Sequence record: OL963731.1
Direction: 5' to 3' (one strand)
From: Citromicrobium phage vB_CbaS-RXM
Length of the DNA stretch: 24,000 bases
The notes under the pieces are model-generated. The model was not told where the DNA came from. It made no database searches and saw nothing but the letters and a program-made list of their open reading frames with translations. A program made the position numbers and the translations under genes. Below are positions 6,446 through 15,678 of the stretch, one piece after another; the stretch's first letter is position 1, and every line of letters begins with the position of its first letter.

Positions 6446-8593
6446 ATGAAATACGCACACAAGTTTGCCGAGGTCGAGAGCGGCGGTTTGGGAGAAACCG
6501 CCGCGTTCAAGATCGCCGCCTCGGGTAAGGCATTCCGATCCCTGATCGATTCGATCTACTCCCTCAAGATCGACGCGCCGATCCGCGAACTTCTCACGAA
6601 TGCGTGGGACGCCCACATCGCGGCGGGCAAGATCGAACCGTTTCATGTCCACCTTCCTTCGCCGCTGTTCCCGACCTTCTTCGTCCGGGACTACGGCTGC
6701 TCGATGAGCCACGAGTTCGTCATGGAGCGATACACCACGCTCTTCGACTCGACCAAGGACGGCATGGTCGAGGACGACGCCGCCGCGATCTCGCCCGACC
6801 AGCAGGTCGGCTCGTGGGGCCTCGGCTCGAAGACCCCGTTCACCTACACCGACGCCTTCACGCTGTCGTGCTGGATGGACGGCGAAGTCCGCATCTACCA
6901 CATCTTCATCGGCGCGAACGGTCGCCCGGACTGCTCACTGGCGCACCGCGCTCCGAGCGACGAGCCGACCGGCGTGAAGGTCGAGTTCCCGGTCAAGAAC
7001 GACGACCACGACGAGTTCGAGGCGGTCGCGATCAAGGTCCTCAAGGGCTTCAACGTGCTGCCGACCGGCCTGCCGACGAACGTGGTCGCCGCCTGTCAGG
7101 CCAAGCCGCAGATGGTCGGCTCGAACTTCAAGGTCTACGACAAGGACTTCCTCGGCAAGGGCTGGTTCGCCCGCCAAGGCTGCGTCCATTATCCCATCGA
7201 ACTCGGCAAGCTGCCGGGAGCCACGACCAAGGGTTTCAGCGAAGTCTCGGCCTCGGTCGTGATCGACTTCCCCATCGGCAGCGTCGAATACACCAACAGC
7301 CGCGAGCAGCTTTCCTACACTCCGGGCACCGTCGCTTCGATCACCGAAGCCTTCGACGGCCTGCGGAAGGAAATCGAGGCCGAGGTCACCGCACAGTTCA
7401 AGGCGGTCACCAACCCGTTCGAGCGCGCCAAGCTGATCGGGGCGAGCGACCTGTTCGCGATGAACCGGTTCTCCTTCCTGACCGAAGGTCACTCCCTCCG
7501 CAACCGCATCGGCCTCGCGTTCGGCGAGTTCCTGCCGAAGAAGCGTCGCGGCCTGTGGGATACCAAGGACCTCGCCCTGTTCGCGGTCAACCGTCAGGGC
7601 GAGCGCGCCACGCAGACCCAATACACCTTCGCGCCCGACAAATCGTTCCCCGGCAAAGCCGTCCTGATCTACTGCGACGAGAAGACCCGCACCGGCAACC
7701 AGCGCACCACCGGCATCTCCGACCGGATCGGCGCGTGGATGTCGGCCAACGATCACGACATCGCCTACGTCTTCGACAAGCTCCCGAAGCTGTCCAAGCT
7801 ACGGAAGGCTGGCTTCCCGCCAGTCGTCCGCCTGACCGCCGTCCCGGCCCTGCCTAAAGCTCCTCGGCAGGCGTCGGGCGGCGGCGGGTTCTCCCGCTTC
7901 GCCATGCCCGAGCATGAAATCCCGGCCAACGCGCTATTCGTCTTCAAGAACCGTGGCCGCTGGGTCGGCCCGGACGGCAAGAGCCTGTCCCGCTCGGAAA
8001 GCGCGCTGCGGAAGATCGCGAAACTGCTCGACCGTCCCATCGTGTCGATCAACACGCGCTCGAACGAGGACCTGTCGAAGTGGTCTGGCTACGACCTGAT
8101 CTACGACTACACCATGATCGACGCTCTCACCGGCTTGAGCGACGCACAGATCAAGGCACTGGTCGCGGTCATCAACAACAACCGGTTCAACGCGCTGACG
8201 CTCTCGACCATCGTGGCGAGGCTCGACAAGGCCAAGGTCCTGCATCTCACGCCGCTGGCATCACTCAACCGCTTCGCCGAAGCGGCCAAGACGGCGGATC
8301 GCTATCACAAGAACCTTATCAAGCGCCTCGATCTGATCCTGTCCGACGCGACCGATGACGACGACGCCGAGATCAACTGCATCATCGAACGGGGCAGGGC
8401 GCTCGGCTGCGAGCTTCTCATGCCGCCGCGTGATGGCCAGCGCCCGTGGGGCACTGTGTGGGTCACCGCACCGCTCGAAGACGATCAGTTCCCCAAACTT
8501 CCGCCCATGTTCTTCCGTCTCATGGCTGCTCGCGGCGCGTCGCTCGACAACGCCGAAGTCGCCTACATCACCAAGGAGGTCTTCTGCAAATGA
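6446..8593 (+). CDS. rIIA: RIIA-like protein (GHKL-type ATPase fold)
   Basis: IRELLTNAWDAH (GHKL N-box), VRDYGCSMSHE, VGSWGLGSKTPFTYTDAFTLSCWMDG. AGGAGGAG SD upstream. Immediately followed by a RIIB-like gene. Confidence 0.88.
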   Translation: MKYAHKFAEVESGGLGETAAFKIAASGKAFRSLIDSIYSLKIDAPIRELLTNAWDAHIAAGKIEPFHVHLPSPLFPTFFVRDYGCSMSHEFVMERYTTLFDSTKDGMVEDDAAAISPDQQVGSWGLGSKTPFTYTDAFTLSCWMDGEVRIYHIFIGANGRPDCSLAHRAPSDEPTGVKVEFPVKNDDHDEFEAVAIKVLKGFNVLPTGLPTNVVAACQAKPQMVGSNFKVYDKDFLGKGWFARQGCVHYPIELGKLPGATTKGFSEVSASVVIDFPIGSVEYTNSREQLSYTPGTVASITEAFDGLRKEIEAEVTAQFKAVTNPFERAKLIGASDLFAMNRFSFLTEGHSLRNRIGLAFGEFLPKKRRGLWDTKDLALFAVNRQGERATQTQYTFAPDKSFPGKAVLIYCDEKTRTGNQRTTGISDRIGAWMSANDHDIAYVFDKLPKLSKLRKAGFPPVVRLTAVPALPKAPRQASGGGGFSRFAMPEHEIPANALFVFKNRGRWVGPDGKSLSRSESALRKIAKLLDRPIVSINTRSNEDLSKWSGYDLIYDYTMIDALTGLSDAQIKALVAVINNNRFNALTLSTIVARLDKAKVLHLTPLASLNRFAEAAKTADRYHKNLIKRLDLILSDATDDDDAEINCIIERGRALGCELLMPPRDGQRPWGTVWVTAPLEDDQFPKLPPMFFRLMAARGASLDNAEVAYITKEVFCK

Positions 8594-9678
8594 GCCTGTC
8601 GTTCACCATCGGTGCCAGCACCATCACCGTCTTCCTCGACGGCCAGATTCACACGGTCGAGGAAAGTCATGTCAACTACCAGCCGCTCCTCGCCGAGCTT
8701 CGCAAGGAGCCGGAGGATCGCAACCTAGACGCGATCCGCCCGCTGGTCTCGATCAAGAAGATGATCGAGGCGCAGACCTTCGGCGAGGTCCAGATCACCG
8801 AGGATGCGGTCATGTATCGCGGCAACCGCGTTGCCCGCTACATGGAGACGCGGATGCTCGAAGTGATGCAGCAAGGCATCGGCATCGAGCCGTGGGTCTA
8901 CTTCATCGAGAACCTCTACAAGAACCCGTCGCAGGACGCCATCGCCGAACTCTACGAGTGGCTCGAAAAGGCGCGCCTCCCGCTGACCCCGGACGGCTGT
9001 TTCATCGCCTTCAAGAAGGTGCGGGACAGCTACATGGACTGTCACACCGGCAAGTTCGAGAACCGGATCGGTAACATCCTCGAAATGCCGCGTGACCTGT
9101 GCGATCCCAACCGGTCGAACGACTGCTCGCGGGGCTTCCACTTCGCCAGCGTCGGCTATCTCAAGCACTTCGGCGGACAGCGCGTCATGGCGGTGAAGAT
9201 CAATCCCCGCGATGTCGTCTCGATCCCGCGTGACTATCACACCACGAAGGGTCGCTGCAGCCGCTATACGGTCGTCGCCGAACTGCAGAGCGAGAACGCT
9301 GCTGCCAACGGCGCGTGGGCGAAGAAGTCGGTCGTCGATCTGGAAGACCCGCAGGAGTTCCCGGACCTGCTCGTGAAGCAGATCATCGGGACCGAGGACC
9401 AGCCGGAGAGCGAAGGCAAGGTCATCACGACCGCCAAGAACAAGAAGGCCGGTCCCGCGAAGCCCAAGCGCGAGAAGAAGGTCTCGAAGAAGAAGGTCAC
9501 CAAGGCCGAGAAGACCGTGGACCCGCAGCGCGAGTTCCCGACCACGACCGGTGGGACCTACACCGCCAAGCAGATCATCGACGCCGTGAAGAACTCGAAG
9601 TCGGGCCGCGAAGCCGCTCGCCTGCTCGGGGTCGGCGAAAGCACCCTGCGTGGCTGGAAGAAGGTCCTCGGCCTGTGA
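8590..9678 (+). CDS. rIIB: RIIB-like protein with C-terminal helix-turn-helix-like extension
   Basis: FIAFKKVRDSYMDCHTGKFENRIGNILEMPRDLCDPNRSNDCSRGFHFASVGYLKHFGG...VVSIPRDYH is characteristic of RIIB-like proteins. ATGA overlap with rIIA. C-terminus YTAKQIIDAVKNSKSGREAARLLGVGESTLRGWKKVLGL. Confidence 0.88.
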   Translation: MSLSFTIGASTITVFLDGQIHTVEESHVNYQPLLAELRKEPEDRNLDAIRPLVSIKKMIEAQTFGEVQITEDAVMYRGNRVARYMETRMLEVMQQGIGIEPWVYFIENLYKNPSQDAIAELYEWLEKARLPLTPDGCFIAFKKVRDSYMDCHTGKFENRIGNILEMPRDLCDPNRSNDCSRGFHFASVGYLKHFGGQRVMAVKINPRDVVSIPRDYHTTKGRCSRYTVVAELQSENAAANGAWAKKSVVDLEDPQEFPDLLVKQIIGTEDQPESEGKVITTAKNKKAGPAKPKREKKVSKKKVTKAEKTVDPQREFPTTTGGTYTAKQIIDAVKNSKSGREAARLLGVGESTLRGWKKVLGL

Positions 9679-10241
9679 AGATACTCGGCGGAACTTACGT
9701 GCTGGACCCTCTGATCCATCGCGGTAACCCGACCGCCATGCGGCGGGGCCTGCAGATGATGCTCGACCGGATCACGGACGAGCAACTGTTGCAGGCCGAC
9801 CGGGTGGAGATCGTGGGTGTGCTGCACGAGCAGGATACCACCGGCATCTACGACTACATCGACGATGTGGACGACGCGATCATCACGATCCTTGGCTACG
9901 ATCCGTGGCGTCAGCAACGCGAGGCAGGCGAGGAAGTCGGCTTCATGCGTCCAAGGGAACTCGAACGGGCGATGGCGAAGGCTTACCGCGACCGACGCCC
10001 GATGGACCAGCACGATTACATCCTGCTCGCCGCCTACCGCCACCTCGAAGAAGGCGGGGCATTCCGCCCACGCCTCGGATGGGACCGACCGGCACCCGAG
10101 CCGATCCCGATCACCCGCAGGGAGCGCGCCGCGATGGTCCGAGACGCCAAGGCGGGCCTCCGCGACGACATCGAGTGGGGTCAGGTCGAGGGCGAGCGCA
10201 TCCTATACCTTGACGGCAAACCTACGAAAGTGATCGACTGA
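9675..10241 (+). CDS. hypothetical protein, GTG start translationally coupled to RIIB-like gene
   Basis: GTG at 9675 overlaps the previous stop (GTGA). 188-aa coding frame in the operon. Upstream part of the track ORF 9315..10241 is out-of-frame readthrough of rIIB. Confidence 0.75.
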   Translation: MKILGGTYVLDPLIHRGNPTAMRRGLQMMLDRITDEQLLQADRVEIVGVLHEQDTTGIYDYIDDVDDAIITILGYDPWRQQREAGEEVGFMRPRELERAMAKAYRDRRPMDQHDYILLAAYRHLEEGGAFRPRLGWDRPAPEPIPITRRERAAMVRDAKAGLRDDIEWGQVEGERILYLDGKPTKVID

Positions 10242-10242
10242 A

Positions 10243-10590
10243 ATGACTACCTCAACACCTCTCGCGCCTCCGAAACCTGCGACCGGCATCGGTCCCACCA
10301 TGCTCGAAGAAGCTCGCGGCAAGGTGCAGAAGGCGATGGCCAACCTGTCGCGGGCCGAAGAAGCGGGCAAGGCGCTCGAATGGTTCGCTCGCTATGCGAC
10401 TGCCGACACGCCGCCCGAAGACGTTCTCGATCTGCAGGCAGCAGTCACCGCCAGTTCGACGACCAATGTCGGCAAGGCGAAGAAGTATATCCAGAAGGCG
10501 CTCGATGAGTCGAACAGCCTGATCCTTAGCCGCGCCATCGAGCTTGCCGAGGAAGACTTCAAAGAGGCGCTCGCCCTCACCGAGAACTGA
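10243..10590 (+). CDS. hypothetical protein
   Basis: 115-aa ORF tightly packed between neighbours (2-nt gaps). Confidence 0.72.
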   Translation: MTTSTPLAPPKPATGIGPTMLEEARGKVQKAMANLSRAEEAGKALEWFARYATADTPPEDVLDLQAAVTASSTTNVGKAKKYIQKALDESNSLILSRAIELAEEDFKEALALTEN

Positions 10591-10592
10591 TA

Positions 10593-12317
10593 ATGCACCT
10601 CGAATACCGTGACGGGCGATATGTCCTGCTGCTGAAAAAGTCGCAACGACAGATCGCCCGTCAGGCGGGCTTCAACTTCGATATGCACGGTGCGAAGCAC
10701 TGGTATACGACCGACTGGAAGCGAGCCGCCGAGTTCCACCACATCGCCGTTGGCGAGGCCCTGATCCGCCTCGACGCTCATGTCGCCAAGCTCACCGCCG
10801 AGCTTGAGGCGAGCTTCGCCATGCTCTCGGACTACAAGGTCCCGGTCCCCGATCTCTACCACCCGAAGACCGGCGAGAAGCTCGACTACCTGCCCTACCA
10901 GAAGGCGGGCATCCAGTATGCCTCGACCCGCAAATACTGCCTGATCGCCGATCCTCCCGGCCTCGGGAAGACGATCCAAGCGGTCGGGATCATCAACAAC
11001 CACCGCATCCAATCCGGCATCATCTTCTGCCCTTCCGGCCTCAAGCACAACTGGAAGAAGGAGATCGAGAAGTGGCTGGTGGACAAGACCCTCACGGTCG
11101 GGATCGCCGAGGGCGATAAGGTCCCCGACACCGATTTCGTCATCATCAACTACGACATCGCCGACCGCAACTACGACGCCCTGATCCGCGAGGAGTGGGG
11201 CATCATCGTGTGCGACGAGTCGCAGATCATGTCGAACCCCAAGGCCAAGCGGGTCATGGCGATCCTCGGCAAGCGTTTCGGGAAGAAGTTCCAGAAGCGC
11301 CCGCTGCAGGCGTGGAAGTGGGTCTTCCTCTCCGGGACCCCGATCACCAAGCAGCCGATCCAGTTGTGGCCGATCATCCAGCACTGCGACCCGGACGGCC
11401 TCGGCAAGGATTGGGAGACGTTCGTCTACCGCTACTGCGATGCCTACAACGGCGCGTTCGGTCTGGTCACCGATGGCGGCTCGAACCTGTCCGAGTTGAA
11501 CGAGAAGCTCCGGCTGGCGTTCATGGTGCGGCGCTTGAAGAAGCATGTCTTGAAGCACCTCCCGCCCAAGAAGCGGACGGTCGTCCTGCTGCCGGAGGAG
11601 GGCCTGTCGAACCTCATCCAGACCGAGCGCGACGCCTTCGCCCATGCGCTCGCGGCGCTCGAAGACATGAACGAGGAGATCGAGAAGAGCGACATCACTC
11701 GTCTCGACGACCTCGATCCCGACTTCATCCTCGACCAGATGGCCACGATCTTCGACGGCAGCTTCGATCAGGTCGGCGAACATCTCGACGCGGGCGATCT
11801 GCTACCGGAGTTCACGGCCTACTCCGAAGCCCGCAAGGAACTCGGCCTTGCCAAGCTGCCGATGGTCATGAGGATCGTCGAGCGGCTGGTGGACGAAGGC
11901 TACAAGGTCCTCGTCTTCGCGATCCACAAGGAGGTGATCGCCCGGATGTATGAGGCGTGGCCGAACTCGGCCCGCATCGTCGGCGGCATGACGGCCAAGA
12001 AGGTCGAGAAGGAGAAGGTCCGGTTCCAAGGCTGGGACGACGAAGGTATCGACCCCGATCCGCTGTGCGACCGCATCCTGCTCAACATCAAGGCGGGCGG
12101 CGTCGGTCACACCCTGACCAAGGGGACCAAGATCGTGAAGGCCGAGCTTTGGGCGGTGCCGGGTGATGTCGAGCAGTGTGAGGACCGGGCGCACCGCATC
12201 GGGCAGGACGAGGAGGTCGAGGTGATCTACCCTGTCGTGCAGGGCACGATGGACGCCCGGACCATCGAAAGCATGATCCACCGCCTCGAAATGATCGAGA
12301 GTGCGATTGACGGTTGA
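10593..12317 (+). CDS. SNF2/SMARCAL1-like DNA helicase/ATPase
   Basis: YLPYQKAGIQYA, ADPPGLGKTIQA (Walker A), IIVCDESQ (motif II), FLSGTPITK, and C-terminal GVGHTLTKGTK...DVEQCEDRAHRIGQ. Confidence 0.93.
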   Translation: MHLEYRDGRYVLLLKKSQRQIARQAGFNFDMHGAKHWYTTDWKRAAEFHHIAVGEALIRLDAHVAKLTAELEASFAMLSDYKVPVPDLYHPKTGEKLDYLPYQKAGIQYASTRKYCLIADPPGLGKTIQAVGIINNHRIQSGIIFCPSGLKHNWKKEIEKWLVDKTLTVGIAEGDKVPDTDFVIINYDIADRNYDALIREEWGIIVCDESQIMSNPKAKRVMAILGKRFGKKFQKRPLQAWKWVFLSGTPITKQPIQLWPIIQHCDPDGLGKDWETFVYRYCDAYNGAFGLVTDGGSNLSELNEKLRLAFMVRRLKKHVLKHLPPKKRTVVLLPEEGLSNLIQTERDAFAHALAALEDMNEEIEKSDITRLDDLDPDFILDQMATIFDGSFDQVGEHLDAGDLLPEFTAYSEARKELGLAKLPMVMRIVERLVDEGYKVLVFAIHKEVIARMYEAWPNSARIVGGMTAKKVEKEKVRFQGWDDEGIDPDPLCDRILLNIKAGGVGHTLTKGTKIVKAELWAVPGDVEQCEDRAHRIGQDEEVEVIYPVVQGTMDARTIESMIHRLEMIESAIDG

Positions 12318-12342
12318 CTTATGGTGTCAGTTTCGCTAACGT
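12314..12342 (+). promoter_or_regulatory. sigma70-like promoter upstream of the membrane protein/HD/methyltransferase genes
   Basis: TTGACT-N17-TAACGT. The -35 overlaps the stop codon of the SNF2-like gene. Confidence 0.65.
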
Positions 12343-12366
12343 CAAAGCACATCGGAGTTAGTCCCA

Positions 12367-12660
12367 ATGAACCAGTATCTCGATCTGACCATCACGGGAC
12401 TCTTCTTCCTGTGCAGCGTCGTCATCTATCTCAACGTCGCCGCGCTACTCCGGGATCGCACCATCAAGGGCGTGTCGGTCTGGCCGATGATCGTCTTCTT
12501 CCTCGTGGACTGTCTGCAGGCGGTCCGGTTCGTCACCGAAGGCTCCTACCCGCTCGCGGTGGGGGCCTTTTCCATGTGCGTCGCGAGCGGCTCGTGGCTC
12601 TGCCTCGCCGCCTTTTTCATGTCTAGGCGGGTCAGTCAGACTACGCCTCTCTCGGAGTAA
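12367..12660 (+). CDS. small multi-pass membrane protein
   Basis: 97 aa with hydrophobic segments ITGLFFLCSVVIYLNVAALL, WPMIVFFLVDCL, LAVGAFSMCVASGSWLCLAAFFM. Directly downstream of a promoter-like element. Confidence 0.75.
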   Translation: MNQYLDLTITGLFFLCSVVIYLNVAALLRDRTIKGVSVWPMIVFFLVDCLQAVRFVTEGSYPLAVGAFSMCVASGSWLCLAAFFMSRRVSQTTPLSE

Positions 12661-13292
12661 TGTCGATGGATACTATCACTCCCGGTGCCCTGCAGATCGC
12701 AGACGGCACCTACTGCAACCCGCTCTTCTACGGCCCCGAAGATGTGAAGGTCGAGATGATCGCCCACCAGCTTGCGCTCAAGTGCCGCTGGAACGGGAAC
12801 ACCAACGATCTGACGCCCGAGTGCGAACCGATCCTCTACTCGGTCGCCCAACACGCCTGCATCGTTCACGACATCGCCAAGGAACACAAGGAAGTCTTCG
12901 TGCCCGGTGCCGACTGGTCGCTCGAAGCCTGTCCCTCGATCTACGGGCTGCATCACGACGACAGCGAAGGTCCGCTGATCGACATGCCGCGCCCGCTCAA
13001 GCGCGATCCCCTCATGGCTCCCTTCGGCGACATCGAGAACCGGGTGCAGTCGATGATCCTGACCGTGCTGGGTGTGCCAATGTCGCCGGTCATCAAGGAG
13101 TGCGTCCGCCGCATCGACAACGCGATGATCTTTTGGGAGCGCGACATCCTCGTCGGCAAGCCGGTCCAGCCCTACACCAACGAGTTCGACCATCCGGGCG
13201 GCACCCTGCACGACTGGTTCCCGAACTTCGAGGTCTGGTCGCCCTCCCGCGCCAAGCGCGAATACCTCGACCGTTTCAAGGCGTGGCAGTAA
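12660..13292 (+). CDS. HD-domain phosphohydrolase (YfbR/5'-nucleotidase-like)
   Basis: SVAQHACIVHDIAKEH...EACPSIYGLHHDDSEGPLIDMPRPLK arrangement of HD-superfamily residues. TAATG overlap with the preceding gene. Confidence 0.75.
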   Translation: MSMDTITPGALQIADGTYCNPLFYGPEDVKVEMIAHQLALKCRWNGNTNDLTPECEPILYSVAQHACIVHDIAKEHKEVFVPGADWSLEACPSIYGLHHDDSEGPLIDMPRPLKRDPLMAPFGDIENRVQSMILTVLGVPMSPVIKECVRRIDNAMIFWERDILVGKPVQPYTNEFDHPGGTLHDWFPNFEVWSPSRAKREYLDRFKAWQ

Positions 13293-14020
13293 TGCTTTCG
13301 GAAGCTGCTCGCCGCGACCCGGCAATGCTCGCACAGTTCCGCTACGAGCGGGCCGAGAACGAGTTCTATCCGACCCCGACCAAGTTCCTCGACTGTCTCG
13401 CCGAGCATGTTCACCTCGTCTCGAAGCGAGTGTGGGAGCCGTGTGCAGGGCAGGGACATCTCGCGCTTCGGCTCGATGAACTGACCGGGCAGGAAACCTT
13501 CTGCTCCGATCTGGTCCGCTACCCGGACCACCCGGAGCGGTTGAACTTCGCACAGCGCGTCATGATCGCCGACTTCCTGCTGGCCACCAAGGCACCGGCT
13601 GGGGTCACCGCGATCATCACCAACCCGCCGTATCTCACGGTCAAGATCACCGACGAGGAGTGGCTGTATCTCAAGCCGCTGGCCGAGAAGTATGGCTGCA
13701 TCAACCCGAAGACCAAGAAGGTGAGCCTCGCCGAACTCTTCCTGCGTCACGCCATCGAACTCATGCGCCCGGTGAACGGCTTCGTCGCGATGTTCCTGCG
13801 GCACGAGTTCGACTGCGCTCTCGGTCGGCAGGACCTCTTCACCGCGCCGTTCTACGCCGGGAAGGTGACCTGCCTCGAACGGCCTCGCTGGATCGAGGGA
13901 TCGACCGGATCGCCGCGCCACAACTACGGCTGGTATTGCTTCGACTGGCGTCTGCCGGAGGGCGATCCCTTCGCGCTCTATTCGCACCCGGCGACCGCCA
14001 AGCCCATCACCGTCAACTAG
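13292..14020 (+). CDS. DNA N6-adenine methyltransferase-like protein
   Basis: YPTP near the N-terminus, WEPCAGQGHL motif I-like, IITNPPY catalytic motif. TAATG overlap with the preceding stop. Confidence 0.83.
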   Translation: MLSEAARRDPAMLAQFRYERAENEFYPTPTKFLDCLAEHVHLVSKRVWEPCAGQGHLALRLDELTGQETFCSDLVRYPDHPERLNFAQRVMIADFLLATKAPAGVTAIITNPPYLTVKITDEEWLYLKPLAEKYGCINPKTKKVSLAELFLRHAIELMRPVNGFVAMFLRHEFDCALGRQDLFTAPFYAGKVTCLERPRWIEGSTGSPRHNYGWYCFDWRLPEGDPFALYSHPATAKPITVN

Positions 14021-14028
14021 GACCTCAC

Positions 14029-15636
14029 ATGGAACTCCACGAAGCCGTCAAGCAGCACGGCGGCAAGCGGGCGGCTGCTCGCGCCCTCGGTATTCCCGAA
14101 AGCACTCTCCGCGACCAACTCAAGCGCGAGCGTCAGGCCGCGATGCGGTCGTTCGTCCTTCCCAAGGCGCTCGAAGCCCATCGCCACACCGACCGGACGA
14201 CGCACTTCATCATCACGGCGGCGCAGGACAAGACGGAAATCCACGAGGACTTCTGGAACAACCTGCAAGCCTACGCCGGATACCTCGGTGCCGAGATCAT
14301 GATCGGCGGCTTCACCTACTCGAAGAAGTTGTTCGAGGAGAACGATCCCCGCGTCCGCTCGGAGCATGTCTGGTTCGACAACCGGATCGAGGATCGCGTC
14401 ATGCACGATCCGATCAAGCTGGCCGACCAGTTGATCTTCTGCGCCGAGATGAACACGCTGCCGACCGCCGTCCAGCCGCTCTCCGGCCTCGACAGCTACA
14501 CCGGGTCGAAGTGGGGCATCTTCCCTCACGCCAAGTATCAGCTTCGCACCATCGCGACCATGAAGGACGCCCTGTCGAAGCAGATCATGACGACCGGCGC
14601 GGTCACCCTGCCGAACTACATCCGCAAGAAGGCGGGCGTGAAGGCGCAGTTCCACCACATCATCGGGGCCATCGTGGTCTCGGTCGCCCCGGACGGCGCG
14701 TTCTGGTGCCGCCCGATCCAAGCGAACGATCTGGTGGACGGCAGCTTCTACGATCTCGACCGCTTCGTCGCCAAGGGCAAGATCACGACCGGCCACCGGC
14801 CCGAGGCGCTGGTGTGCGGCGACATCCACCGCGAGAAGCTCGACCCGACCGTGGCGCTGACCACTTGGGGCTTCGATGTCGAGACCGGCGAGGTCAACCC
14901 GAACCTGCCATCACTCTCGAACATGCTGCGTCCCAAGCGCCGCATCTATCACGACCTGACCGACTTCTCGGCTCGCAACCACCACAACATCAAGGATCAC
15001 CACTTCCGCTACAAGCTCCATCACTCGACGAAGGGGCAGGATAGCGTGAAGGCCGACCTCATGATGTCGGCCAGCTTCCTCAAGCTGACGAGTGATGCCG
15101 ACATCCAAGATGTCGTGATCCAGTCCAACCACGACAACGCTCTTCTCAAGTGGGTCAAGACGGCGGACGCCAAGCTCGATCCCGAGAACTACGAGTTCTG
15201 GTTGGAGTGCGAGCTTCGCTGCATCCGCGCCTACCGCGAGGGCCGCGACCCGTTCCTCTACGAGGAAGTGATGCGGGACCTCACCGGTCCTCTGCCGAAC
15301 ACGATCTTCGTGGAGGAGGACTCCTCCTACATGGTCGCCGATGTCGAGCTTGCGATCCACGGGCACTACGGCGCGAACGGCGCTCGCGGTTCGGCTGGCG
15401 CGTTCAACAAGATGGGGCCGAAGTCGATCACCGCCCACACCCACAGCCCGAGTGTGACCGATGGCCACACCTGCGTCGGCGTCAACGGCCTCATGGACAT
15501 GGGCTACAATGTCGGCCTGTCCTCGTGGCTGCACTGCGACGCGCTGCTCTATCCAAACGGCAAGCGGGCGCTGATCGTCATGATGCACGGGCGCTGGTTC
15601 GATCCGTCCACCGCCCAATCTTCGCTTGACTTTTGA
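14029..15636 (+). CDS. T5 A1/DNA-transfer-protein-like metallophosphoesterase with N-terminal HTH
   Basis: Metallophosphoesterase-like residues CGDIHREKLD, IQSNHDNALL, GHYGANGARG, AHTHSPSVTDG plus SWLHCDALLYPNGKRALI. N-terminus KQHGGKRAAARALGIPESTLRDQLKRE is HTH-like. Confidence 0.68.
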   Translation: MELHEAVKQHGGKRAAARALGIPESTLRDQLKRERQAAMRSFVLPKALEAHRHTDRTTHFIITAAQDKTEIHEDFWNNLQAYAGYLGAEIMIGGFTYSKKLFEENDPRVRSEHVWFDNRIEDRVMHDPIKLADQLIFCAEMNTLPTAVQPLSGLDSYTGSKWGIFPHAKYQLRTIATMKDALSKQIMTTGAVTLPNYIRKKAGVKAQFHHIIGAIVVSVAPDGAFWCRPIQANDLVDGSFYDLDRFVAKGKITTGHRPEALVCGDIHREKLDPTVALTTWGFDVETGEVNPNLPSLSNMLRPKRRIYHDLTDFSARNHHNIKDHHFRYKLHHSTKGQDSVKADLMMSASFLKLTSDADIQDVVIQSNHDNALLKWVKTADAKLDPENYEFWLECELRCIRAYREGRDPFLYEEVMRDLTGPLPNTIFVEEDSSYMVADVELAIHGHYGANGARGSAGAFNKMGPKSITAHTHSPSVTDGHTCVGVNGLMDMGYNVGLSSWLHCDALLYPNGKRALIVMMHGRWFDPSTAQSSLDF

Positions 15637-15654
15637 GGTCAGTTTAGCTAACAC
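15626..15654 (+). promoter_or_regulatory. sigma70-like promoter upstream of the DNA polymerase gene
   Basis: TTGACT-N17-TAACAC. The -35 is embedded in the last codons of the A1-like gene. Confidence 0.65.
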
Positions 15655-15678
15655 TTCCCGCTTCAAAGGTCAGTTACA

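Noticed and set aside
13660-14028. N-terminal extension of the track ORF 13660..15636
   Set aside because: Out-of-frame reading of the methyltransferase gene. The natural start is ATG 14029.
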